DNA of 47,021 nucleotides from Escherichia phage ChristineMuster_Bas80: sequence record PQ850597.1; one strand, 5' to 3'. Shown piece by piece: positions 8,915 to 18,408 of this stretch (position 1 is its first letter; each line of letters starts with the position of its first letter). The notes under the pieces were generated by a model. It saw only the letters and a program-made list of their open reading frames with translations, ran no database searches and was not told where the DNA came from. The position numbers and the translations under genes were made by a program.

Positions 8915-9383
8915 ATACTGGCGACCGATGGCAATTATTATAATTGCTGCTGTCTGCGCGCTGTGGGTGCGTAGTGAAATCATCAGCTACGGCGACCAGC
9001 GATACGCAGAAGGCAAAGCCCAAGCAATCGCCGAACAGAAGGCCGCAGACGAACAAGAGGAGCAACGACGCAATGCAGAACTGCAAAAGATTCAGGTCGA
9101 CGCGCAGCAAAGGATTGATACTGCGCGCAATGATGCTGCTAACGCTGCTGCTAAGTCTGGCAGGTTGCAGCAACAGCTCGCCAGTATCCGCAAGCAGCTC
9201 GTCGGATATTCCACCACTGAGTCCATTGGCAATCCAGCCGCAGAAACCGGAGTTTTGCTTTCCCAGCTGCTCTCAGAATCTGTCGAAAGAAATCGACAAC
9301 TGGCAGATTACGCTGACAGGGCAAGAGAGGCAGGACTAGCGTGCCAGAAGCAATACGAATCACTGACAAGGAGACAGAAATAA
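8895..9383 (+). CDS. Rz: i-spanin (Rz-like)
   Basis: N-terminal TM (MAIIIIAAVCALWV), central coiled-coil-like charged region, GGAGG RBS, follows the endolysin. Confidence 0.65.
   Translation: MMSILAKYWRPMAIIIIAAVCALWVRSEIISYGDQRYAEGKAQAIAEQKAADEQEEQRRNAELQKIQVDAQQRIDTARNDAANAAAKSGRLQQQLASIRKQLVGYSTTESIGNPAAETGVLLSQLLSESVERNRQLADYADRAREAGLACQKQYESLTRRQK
9130..9339 (+). CDS. Rz1: o-spanin (Rz1-like lipoprotein) embedded in +1 frame of the i-spanin gene
   Basis: MMLLTLLLSLAGC lipobox signal followed by a Pro/Ser-rich mature region, entirely inside the Rz-like ORF. Confidence 0.65.
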   Translation: MMLLTLLLSLAGCSNSSPVSASSSSDIPPLSPLAIQPQKPEFCFPSCSQNLSKEIDNWQITLTGQERQD

Positions 9384-9725
9384 ATGTTCAAATCCGACCT
9401 TATCGTCAAGCTGAACAAAAACTCAACGTGGACGCTAATGGAGCCATTAATCTATGAGTTCAGGCATCAGGAAATAAAAGTTCCAGCAGGATTTCGCACT
9501 GATTTTGCCAGTGTCCCGAGGCTTCCTTACCTGTTCGCTTTCATTGGTGATGTGGGTCAGAAAGCAGCAGCCGTTCATGATTATCTGTACGCCACCCATT
9601 CGGACAGGAATTTCGCTGATGATTGCTTCAGGCAGGCGCTGAAGGATAGCGGAGTGTCATCGCTGAGGGCTGGCGTTATGTGGCTTGGTGTCAGGATGTT
9701 CGGCTGGATAAAGTTTAAGGGATGA
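9384..9725 (+). CDS. DUF1353-like phage protein
   Basis: Motif FRTDFASVPR and overall pattern recalled for DUF1353; GGAGA RBS; last gene before terminator. Confidence 0.45.
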   Translation: MFKSDLIVKLNKNSTWTLMEPLIYEFRHQEIKVPAGFRTDFASVPRLPYLFAFIGDVGQKAAAVHDYLYATHSDRNFADDCFRQALKDSGVSSLRAGVMWLGVRMFGWIKFKG

Positions 9726-9727
9726 AG

Positions 9728-9756
9728 AAAGCCCCGTAATGGGGCTTGTGTTTAAT
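9728..9756. terminator. Rho-independent terminator (bidirectional candidate)
   Basis: gcccc-gtaat-ggggc hairpin (9731-9745) followed by ttgtgttt; convergent genes on both sides. Confidence 0.6.
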
Positions 9757-9878
9757 TGGCGTGATCAGGATTTTCTCGCTGTTTCCACATCTGCTTTAAC
9801 TGAAAATAAGCGTATGCCTCATCACCATCTTTCGCATTGCGCTCCATTTGTTCACACCATGCCGATGGTTTTGGTGGC

Positions 9879-10187
9879 TCACTCTGCTGGCAGTGTTGTT
9901 GGCTCATTAACAGATTCCTCAACTGCAGACTCAACGATACGCACCAGTGAGCACTCAAGATTCGGTGCATTGTAATTACCAGCCAGAAACAGAACGCTAC
10001 CAGTGCTAATCAGCACTTGCTTTGCATTCGCCTGCGACAGATTCTGCACAATGAATTGCGCTGTTTCGGTGCCGATTTTCAGCACTGCGCTGCCGTCGCT
10101 ATTCAGTGATACCAGTTGCGCCGATGTGTCGGTAATATTGGTATAGTTCGCGTTTCGCTGCGCGATGGTGATATCGCAAAATGCCAT
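9879..10187 (-). CDS. Hypothetical protein (102 aa)
   Basis: Start ATG overlaps stop of upstream gene (TAATG); part of a four-gene minus-strand operon. Confidence 0.45.
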   Translation of the reverse strand: MAFCDITIAQRNANYTNITDTSAQLVSLNSDGSAVLKIGTETAQFIVQNLSQANAKQVLISTGSVLFLAGNYNAPNLECSLVRIVESAVEESVNEPTTLPAE

Positions 10188-10618
10188 TATTTAATCTCCA
10201 GTTCTTTTGCGCGAATTGCGCTGTCAATGATGTCCTGTAAATCCTGTTCGCGCGATTTGTGTCCGCGATCGCCGGCTTGCAACGCCTTCTTGATTAAGTG
10301 CTGCAATGCTGGGTTGGTGACATTCCACGCCATGAGTACATCGTACACGTCAATAAAAATACCAGGCTTAATCTCGTGCAGGTATTTGTTATCAGCCTCA
10401 GGAGCGCCAATGCAATCATTGAGGTCTTGTTCGTCGGTAATTGGCTCGCGGTATGCAATAACAACATCCCCACAACCCTCAATCACTTCAATGCGACCAG
10501 CATAATCCATGCTTAGATAGAAAATCTCACCAGTACTTCCTGACTTAACTACAAGATAAGCCGTGTCATGGCCAGCAAAATCATCCTCATAACCTTTCAG
10601 ATATTTCCATTTTTTCAT
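10187..10618 (-). CDS. Hypothetical protein (143 aa)
   Basis: Long ORF coupled to neighbours by overlapping start/stop codons. Confidence 0.5.
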   Translation of the reverse strand: MKKWKYLKGYEDDFAGHDTAYLVVKSGSTGEIFYLSMDYAGRIEVIEGCGDVVIAYREPITDEQDLNDCIGAPEADNKYLHEIKPGIFIDVYDVLMAWNVTNPALQHLIKKALQAGDRGHKSREQDLQDIIDSAIRAKELEIK

Positions 10619-10812
10619 TTCATCGTCACCCGATTATTTTCATCAACATTAAAATTATCACGAATCAAATCGTACATCTCATCCTTCGGCATATCAGCCA
10701 GCGCCACATAGCAACGGGCAAAGTAGCGAACATCACGGAGTGTCAGCGGCTGCCGCTTCTCCACAATACTAGTGATAATGTCCATCGGATCACGTCGTGG
10801 TCTTGGCATATT
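10615..10812 (-). CDS. Hypothetical small protein
   Basis: Likely start at MPRPRRD (10812) rather than the track start; first gene after the divergent promoter. Confidence 0.4.
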   Translation of the reverse strand, partial: NMPRPRRDPMDIITSIVEKRQPLTLRDVRYFARCYVALADMPKDEMYDLIRDNFNVDENNRVTMK

Positions 10813-10837
10813 TACTACTCCTTCTCGAAAATTATTG

Positions 10838-10881
10838 TTGACCAATCTACATCATTTAGTCAATACTTATTGACGTAGATT
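10838..10881. promoter_or_regulatory. Divergent promoter/operator region with inverted CAATCTACRTCA motifs
   Basis: TTGACCaatctacatca at 10838-10854 and ttgacgtagattg at 10869-10881 in opposite orientations between divergently transcribed operons. Confidence 0.5.
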
Positions 10882-10909
10882 GTACCACAACGAAAAAGGT
10901 GATGTGGAA

Positions 10910-11107
10910 ATGCGATACAAAGAAATAGCAGCGAGATATCAGAAAGAGGTGCGCGAGGTTATGGAAATCCTTAACGTTCGCGAGGATACCATTAAGTTTG
11001 TGGAAACTGCCATGTGTTCACTGGCGCTTGAAGCGGAGGTTGCTGGTCGTGAAAAAGCTGACGAACTTATATCTGCGCTGGTTTATAGTTCAACCAGTAA
11101 CGATTGA
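10910..11107 (+). CDS. Hypothetical small protein
   Basis: ATG at 10910 (MRYKEIAARY) with AAAGGTG RBS; in frame with track ORF 10880-11107. Confidence 0.4.
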   Translation: MRYKEIAARYQKEVREVMEILNVREDTIKFVETAMCSLALEAEVAGREKADELISALVYSSTSND

Positions 11108-11167
11108 AGATGAAGGTTATCTGTGCGTTGAGCACGTTGTTATCAAGTTCTACGGGAGAAATTACAA

Positions 11168-11362
11168 ATGGCGCATGACGAGCTGTACGAACAATCGTTA
11201 ATCCAGCGACTGAATGAAGTTGAGCGTGCTCGCGAATGGCTGGAGTGCGAATTGCGAGAGGTGCGCAATCGACTGCAACGCAAACGCAGTCAACAGAAAG
11301 ATGTTATCGACTGGTCAGGTGACGCACCTAAATTTAACAACTTAGGGGAATGGTTAAAATGA
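11168..11362 (+). CDS. Hypothetical small protein
   Basis: 64-aa ORF; stop overlaps next start (ATGA). Confidence 0.4.
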   Translation: MAHDELYEQSLIQRLNEVERAREWLECELREVRNRLQRKRSQQKDVIDWSGDAPKFNNLGEWLK

Positions 11363-11580
11363 GAAAGTTCAGCACGTTAGTTGACTTGATTTTCGCTGAC
11401 ATCAGCGAGTCTAACGCCAGAAACAAGAAGTCAAGAAATCAGAGGCAGGATATTACATTTCGCACTCTGCTTAAGCAATCGATGCGTAGCAAAAAGGAGT
11501 GGAGATACCGGCGCGACCGAGTTTTGATAAGACTGTGCAAGTTAAACATGAATAAGATACTTAAGGATATGACAAAATGA
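11359..11580 (+). CDS. Hypothetical basic small protein
   Basis: Arg/Lys-rich 73-aa product; ATGA overlaps on both sides. Confidence 0.4.
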   Translation: MRKFSTLVDLIFADISESNARNKKSRNQRQDITFRTLLKQSMRSKKEWRYRRDRVLIRLCKLNMNKILKDMTK

Positions 11581-11822
11581 GCGCACCACATATGCCGATG
11601 ATGAATGATGAAATGCTGCTTGAGTGTCCTTTTTGCGGCAGCCACGAAGTTAAATTATATAACGATGATGGTATGTATTTCGCCATGTGTGAGTGCGGAT
11701 GCTCAAGTGATGTTCACGTAACGAAGTTGGCTGCGGCCACCCAATGGAACACAAGGGGCGGACACCTCTACACCGCCGACGACTTCAATCAGGCAGCAGA
11801 GGAGCGTGATTATGGACTATAA
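11577..11822 (+). CDS. Lar-family restriction alleviation-like protein
   Basis: CPFCG ... CECGC ... QWNTR pattern recalled for Lar-family proteins. Confidence 0.5.
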   Translation: MSAPHMPMMNDEMLLECPFCGSHEVKLYNDDGMYFAMCECGCSSDVHVTKLAAATQWNTRGGHLYTADDFNQAAEERDYGL

Positions 11823-12300
11823 ATCACAAATCATGCGCGTGATTGTCAATCATCCCGGCGCAACGCGCGCATATATTGAGAAGCATTGCGGAGGAAAACA
11901 TTCAAGCACCACAACGCATCGTCTTCACGAGATGCTTGCTCTTGGCTTCATTCGCCGCGAGAAGTCCGTGATTCGCGGTGGGAAGTGGCAGTATAAATAT
12001 TTCATCTCTGATGATGCAGCTGGCATTGATGATGCGATTAAGTGCTATTTGCTTGATAACTCTGGTGCAGAGGTGAAAGAAATCAGCGCAGCCACTGGCA
12101 TTGATTACCGAATCGTGAAAAGCCGTATCCGCATTATGTTTCATAACGGTGATGTAACGCGAAGATATGACCACCACAAGAAGCTGTGGCGTTATTCTTG
12201 GCATGAGAAGGAAGTTAACGTCAGCAACCTGTTTAATTCACTTCTTCGCAATGTAAGAGGTCGTCATGGGGAAAGCCAAACGCAAGAAGCAAGAGTATGA
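11812..12300 (+). CDS. Hypothetical protein, possible winged-helix DNA-binding
   Basis: ATG at 11812 preceded by AGAGGAG; segment THRLHEMLALGFIRREK resembles a wHTH recognition helix and wing. Confidence 0.35.
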   Translation: MDYKSQIMRVIVNHPGATRAYIEKHCGGKHSSTTTHRLHEMLALGFIRREKSVIRGGKWQYKYFISDDAAGIDDAIKCYLLDNSGAEVKEISAATGIDYRIVKSRIRIMFHNGDVTRRYDHHKKLWRYSWHEKEVNVSNLFNSLLRNVRGRHGESQTQEARV

Positions 12301-12442
12301 GCCATTACCGCCATGCGAAATGTCAGGAATGCCGCAGCAGGAGGATGTGATTCTCACCGAGGCTGAGTGGCGCAAGGTGGCAAGAGTGCAAATCATGTTC
12401 CGCAAACTTGCTGAGGATGTACTAAATGAAATGGGCTATTAA
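12266..12442 (+). CDS. Possible small basic protein (58 aa)
   Basis: ATG with AAGAGG RBS; overlaps both neighbours; below track cutoff. Confidence 0.25.
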   Translation: MGKAKRKKQEYEPLPPCEMSGMPQQEDVILTEAEWRKVARVQIMFRKLAEDVLNEMGY

Positions 12443-12830
12443 GCATAAATCCGGCAGAACTCTGTTTGTAACATCGGATGAGTTTATTGCCAATAACCGT
12501 AGAAAGATGGGCTGGATAGTAGAGGAAGTGAAGATGACGAGTAGAGAGCGGTTTGAAGAAGAAATGAGCGATAAATATGAGTGGTTCAGTGATGCGATCG
12601 CTTGTGCTGATTTTTGCGGTGACGATGATGATGGCTACTATGTTGGCGGTGATTATCTCTATTATGGAAAATCATGTTCAGAGGCTTTGTTCTGGTTATG
12701 GCGAGGATGGCAGGCATCACGCTTAGCTATTGAGATTCAAGCATGCCCATACCCAAACGACCACGGACCACATGTTGATGACTATTATCGCGAGCAAATT
12801 AATAACGCAGGCTTAAAGGTGAAAAAATGA
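12426..12830 (+). CDS. Hypothetical protein (134 aa)
   Basis: ORF with GAGGAT RBS; acidic and aromatic-rich. Confidence 0.45.
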   Translation: MKWAIKHKSGRTLFVTSDEFIANNRRKMGWIVEEVKMTSRERFEEEMSDKYEWFSDAIACADFCGDDDDGYYVGGDYLYYGKSCSEALFWLWRGWQASRLAIEIQACPYPNDHGPHVDDYYREQINNAGLKVKK

Positions 12831-13153
12831 TTATCCAACTAAACGAAATCATGAAAGCAGACATCATTCAGCTTGAAGATTATGACATGCAACTGGCGTT
12901 TGAAATTGAAACCGTTGAACGGCAGCTTCAATATGCAGATAAGAAGAATGATCGTGTCTGGCATGAGAAAGCACTTAAGGCGCGCGACCACATGAAGCGC
13001 ACGCGAGCACTTATTAAAACTCGACTTGATAAATTGTATTTTGGCGAGGAAAGGATGATTCATGGAGCTATTCTGGCGCAAATCCGTAAGGAAATGCCAA
13101 TTGGCAAGTTTATGTCATACGTTCACCGCGCAAAGCAGGAGGCCGGGTTATGA
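12827..13153 (+). CDS. Hypothetical protein (108 aa)
   Basis: ATGA-coupled ORF. Confidence 0.45.
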   Translation: MIIQLNEIMKADIIQLEDYDMQLAFEIETVERQLQYADKKNDRVWHEKALKARDHMKRTRALIKTRLDKLYFGEERMIHGAILAQIRKEMPIGKFMSYVHRAKQEAGL

Positions 13154-13338
13154 GCGAACCAAAATTTCCAGAGCTGCCTGTTGAGGTTCAGGTTGCATTG
13201 ATCAATGCGGCAAGTGCAATGGCGACAAAGAAGATTGAGGCAATAGGCAGTGATTACAACAGGAGCATAGACTGGTTTCAGAGGGAGTATCAAAAAATCT
13301 GCGACGCACTCTACAAAGAAAACAGGGGTAGACCATGA
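13150..13338 (+). CDS. Hypothetical small protein
   Basis: ATGA-coupled ORF. Confidence 0.4.
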   Translation: MSEPKFPELPVEVQVALINAASAMATKKIEAIGSDYNRSIDWFQREYQKICDALYKENRGRP

Positions 13339-13481
13339 TTCCATTGCTTTGGATATTATCAGCCTACGCATTCGCAAGGGTATTTGAGGCTGACACTCTG
13401 TACCAGATGATTTGCTATGGCGCTCTGTTCTGCCTATCTGGTGCTGCACTTGCATTTATGGATGATGTGATTTCAGACTAA
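13335..13481 (+). CDS. Possible small membrane protein (48 aa)
   Basis: ATG overlapping upstream stop; hydrophobic product MIPLLWILSAYAFARVF... Confidence 0.3.
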   Translation: MIPLLWILSAYAFARVFEADTLYQMICYGALFCLSGAALAFMDDVISD

Positions 13482-13635
13482 CTCCGTATATCTTTTGTTC
13501 ATCATGGGCTGCTATCATTTAATCAGGAGGTAGCCCATGAATATAATCCCTATCACTTACTTTCTCACGCTTTACGCACTCACTGATTCGCCATTGTTTG
13601 CACTGGCTACCGCCTCATGGTGCTACATCTCCCTG

Positions 13636-13644
13636 TGTTATAAT
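13636..13644 (+). promoter_or_regulatory. Extended -10 promoter TGtTATAAT
   Basis: TGtTATAAT about 30 nt upstream of the scaffold gene start, preceded by ctacatctc motif at 13622-13630. Confidence 0.45.
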
Positions 13645-13675
13645 TCGACCACAAACTAACCGTGGAGAGTTAACC

Positions 13676-15555
<1,880 letters not shown>

Positions 15556-15557
15556 TA

Positions 15558-16628
15558 ATGGAAAAGATTATTTTTACCAAAGACTTGGTAGCCAACTCCG
15601 CAGTAGTGGCTGACCAGTGGAAACATCTCACCATCGACCGTAAAGTGTTCTGCAACGCAGAGGCTGAACTGGCGAAAACTTACGGTGTTAACGCCACCGC
15701 ACTGGTAACGAAAGATTACTGGCGCGATGTGGACAACGTCACCACCCGCGTTTTCCGTAACGAAGCTGGTCAGGATATGATGGCTGATCTGATGGGTATC
15801 GCGGCAAACATCAATATCGGTAAGACCGTGGCAATCAGCCGCATTGCTTCCGATGCTGGTAAGGTTGTCCGCACTCTGTCCGGTCAGGAGCCGGAAGATT
15901 TGGATAAAACTCGCTACGATTACACTGGCGATGTGATTCCAATCTTCAAGACTGGCTACAGCCGCGAATGGCGCGAACTGCTGGGCATGCAGTCTGAAGG
16001 TTTTGACCCTCTGCTGGACGATCAGGCTAACGTCACCTTCAACCTGCGTTCCGACATGGCGCAGTATCTGCTGACTGGCGACCAGACTCTGAACGTGAAC
16101 GGCGTTTACACTGGTTACGGTATCACTAACCACCCGAACACTATTCAGGTTAACCTGAATGCTTCCGATGGCCTGAATATTGACCTGCAAACCGCAACGC
16201 CAGACCAAATCGTTACCTTCTTCAATCAGGATTTCCAGGCTATTCTGGATGCGCAGAACGTATTTGAACAGGTGACACTGTGGGTTTCCCCGGCAGTGCG
16301 TCGCAGCTTCATGCGTCCGTATTCTGATGCAGCTGGATTCAAAGGCGGCACTGTTGAGCAGTACATCACGCAGTTCGGTAACGGTCGCATCGGCAAGATT
16401 GGCACCAACTTCCTGCTGACTGGCAACCATTTCGTTGGTTACGTTCGCAATGATATGTACATCCGTCCGCGCGTTGCTCAGCCTGTCTCCACCTACGCGG
16501 CAGCCCGTACCAACCCGCACGATAACTTTAACTTCCTCGTGTGGTCAGCTATGGGCCTCCAGATTCGTAAGGATGCCGCCGGGAAAAGCCGTGTCTTTAA
16601 TGGCTACGGTGATCAGGCAGCTAAATAA
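15558..16628 (+). CDS. Major capsid protein
   Basis: 356-aa ORF after scaffold and decoration candidates, followed immediately by a strong terminator. Confidence 0.7.
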   Translation: MEKIIFTKDLVANSAVVADQWKHLTIDRKVFCNAEAELAKTYGVNATALVTKDYWRDVDNVTTRVFRNEAGQDMMADLMGIAANINIGKTVAISRIASDAGKVVRTLSGQEPEDLDKTRYDYTGDVIPIFKTGYSREWRELLGMQSEGFDPLLDDQANVTFNLRSDMAQYLLTGDQTLNVNGVYTGYGITNHPNTIQVNLNASDGLNIDLQTATPDQIVTFFNQDFQAILDAQNVFEQVTLWVSPAVRRSFMRPYSDAAGFKGGTVEQYITQFGNGRIGKIGTNFLLTGNHFVGYVRNDMYIRPRVAQPVSTYAAARTNPHDNFNFLVWSAMGLQIRKDAAGKSRVFNGYGDQAAK

Positions 16629-16630
16629 TA

Positions 16631-16654
16631 AAAAAGGGGCTTCGGCCCCTTTAT
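16631..16654 (+). terminator. Rho-independent terminator after capsid gene
   Basis: ggggc-ttcg-gcccc hairpin (16636-16649) followed by TTTAT. Confidence 0.65.
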
Positions 16655-16669
16655 GAATTGAGGTGAATA

Positions 16670-16867
16670 ATGGCTAAATACGAAGTCATCGCACGAGGCA
16701 TCTTTGTAAAAGAAAAGGGCAAGATTCGTGAATTGCAGCTTGGCGAGGTTATCACTGAGCCAGCTGAACATCTGATGTCAAAACTGCGCATCATGCCAGA
16801 ACTGGGAAAGTCTTTCGAGGTCGCAACCCCGCAAGAAAAGACGACAAAGAGAAAGAAAGCAGAGTAA
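16670..16867 (+). CDS. Hypothetical small protein
   Basis: 65-aa ORF with GAGGTG RBS between two terminators. Confidence 0.4.
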   Translation: MAKYEVIARGIFVKEKGKIRELQLGEVITEPAEHLMSKLRIMPELGKSFEVATPQEKTTKRKKAE

Positions 16868-16871
16868 ACAA

Positions 16872-16896
16872 AACCCGCATGATGCGGGTTTTTTAT
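16872..16896. terminator. Rho-independent terminator (bidirectional candidate)
   Basis: aacccgca-tga-tgcgggtt hairpin followed by TTTTTT. Confidence 0.65.
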
Positions 16897-16898
16897 TG

Positions 16899-17435
16899 CT
16901 ACAGACGCATCGGCATAACAACAATCTTCGCAGTCTCTCCAGATGGTGCACTAAGACAGCAAACTGCGGCATCTGCGCTCCCATTCAGTTCAAATTTGAC
17001 GCCACAGAATTTAGGATTAAACAGCTTCGCCACTTTCTCAATATCAACAAGGTATCCAGCATTAAAGCCAATTTCCTCTGCTGCTTTTGTTTCTTTTGGT
17101 ATCACGCGATCAATATCAGGGAATCGACCATCAATATCTTCGCAGATACCAGCACCAACCATCGCGCCAGCTTCATCATGATACGTTGCAATTTTCGACT
17201 CGGTATCAATGATGGCGTACTCATAGCGTTTTGTCGGAGACTTGCCAATCTTGATGATCACATTTTATGTCAGCTTATTATCATGGCTTCCACCAATGAA
17301 TGCGCGATGACCGTCAGTCGAGGCAATGCGACCATCGGTCATGAAGCAGATGCCATTCAGGTAATATCGCACATCGTTGCGCGCCTGAAATATTAATGCT
17401 GATTCAAGTAATAGTTTGCCGATTTTTAGTTTCAT
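16899..17435 (-). pseudogene. dnaN-derived mini sliding-clamp-like ORF interrupted by an in-frame TAA (17265-17267)
   Basis: Upstream 56 codons (DVRYYLNG, TDGHR) and downstream 120 codons from GTG 17261 (DGRFPDIDRVIPK, EIGFN, C-terminal VVMPMRL) are in one frame separated by a single TAA; segments resemble beta-clamp domain II/III landmarks. Confidence 0.6.
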
Positions 17436-17608
17436 CACTTCACCTTAATCATATGCTGTTTTGCAACCTTCAGGCACTCCTCAAAAATGCCACCCTTCTT
17501 TGCGCTCTGATTGCGCTTGTAATACTGAACTGCCGCATCAATTGCCATCTGGTCGATTTCAGGCAGTTTGGTGCGTAGTTGTTTTTCAATGAATTGTTCT
17601 GGTGTCAT
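17435..17608 (-). CDS. Small hypothetical protein (57 aa)
   Basis: ATG overlaps methyltransferase stop (TAATG) and its stop overlaps the clamp-like start; below track cutoff. Confidence 0.35.
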   Translation of the reverse strand: MTPEQFIEKQLRTKLPEIDQMAIDAAVQYYKRNQSAKKGGIFEECLKVAKQHMIKVK

Positions 17609-18408
17609 TAAACGGACCTCATGAATGCTTTAATGAATTCTGCTGCGACTTGTGGAACTATGGCATTGCCATAACCGCGCAATCGTCCCACTCTTGCGGA
17701 TACCCCATGAGTTGCCTCGCAAAATCCGCCTGGTATGACTCTAGTTTCCTTATCTGCTCCATGGTTGGGTTTCCATGAATCCCATAAACATGAAGCCACA
17801 TCTGGCGATAAAGAGTATCGTTCCTGAATTTTCCGTCCTTTCTGTAAAATGTCTTGCTGAGATCCCCGTAATCCTTCCATCCTCGCGCCGTTGGTGTCGC
17901 CCATCCTCGCGCCAAAGATGATTCTTTTCCTTTCCTGTGGAGAGCCGACGCTGCAAGCTGGCAATACTGACGCCCCGCAGGCGTAGCCTTTGTCTTCCAG
18001 GTTAAGGAATACAAAATCGAGCCAGTGCTTCCCAATTGCTGCTGCAACCTGCTCTCCAAACAGCAATTCAGGCTTGCACTCTCTGATGAGCCTGAGAAAT
18101 GCTGGGGCAAGGTGTCGATCGTCGTCAAATCCGAGAGACTTACCGGCAACGCTAAACGGCTGGCAAGGTGGTGATCCTGTCCAGAGTCGAGTGCTTTCTG
18201 GTATTCCTGCCAGCTGGAGTGCAAGGGGCCACCCTCCGATTCCGGCAAAGAAGTGACACTGTGTAAATCCTTCCAGGTCTGAAGGGGTGACTTCGGTGAT
18301 TGATCGTTCATCGACATATCCGTAAGGAATTAGTTTATTGTTAATTAATTCACGCAGCCATGCCGCTGCGCCCTTGTCCCACTCATTGTAATAGTGGACC
18401 ATCATCAC
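17608..18408 (-). CDS. DNA cytosine-5 methyltransferase-like protein
   Basis: FAGIGG, PCQPFS, ...LLFGEQV (ENV-like) and QERKR, GNAIVPQV motifs; the FAGIGG-to-PCQ spacing is unusually short and a NEWDK block lies N-terminal to it. Confidence 0.6.
   Translation of the reverse strand: MMMVHYYNEWDKGAAAWLRELINNKLIPYGYVDERSITEVTPSDLEGFTQCHFFAGIGGWPLALQLAGIPESTRLWTGSPPCQPFSVAGKSLGFDDDRHLAPAFLRLIRECKPELLFGEQVAAAIGKHWLDFVFLNLEDKGYACGASVLPACSVGSPQERKRIIFGARMGDTNGARMEGLRGSQQDILQKGRKIQERYSLSPDVASCLWDSWKPNHGADKETRVIPGGFCEATHGVSARVGRLRGYGNAIVPQVAAEFIKAFMRSV

Noticed and set aside
9752-9970. 72-aa minus-strand ORF overlapping the 3' end of gene 9879-10187
   Set aside because: Overlaps a better-supported coupled gene by about 90 nt in another frame; a shorter version (9752-9907) remains possible but unsupported
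16896-17396. 166-aa plus-strand ORF overlapping the clamp-like region
   Set aside because: Opposite strand to the coupled minus-strand operon; no RBS; translation is low-complexity
17658-18317. 219-aa alternate-frame ORF inside the methyltransferase gene
   Set aside because: Same strand, different frame of a gene with clear motifs; composition looks like frame-shadow
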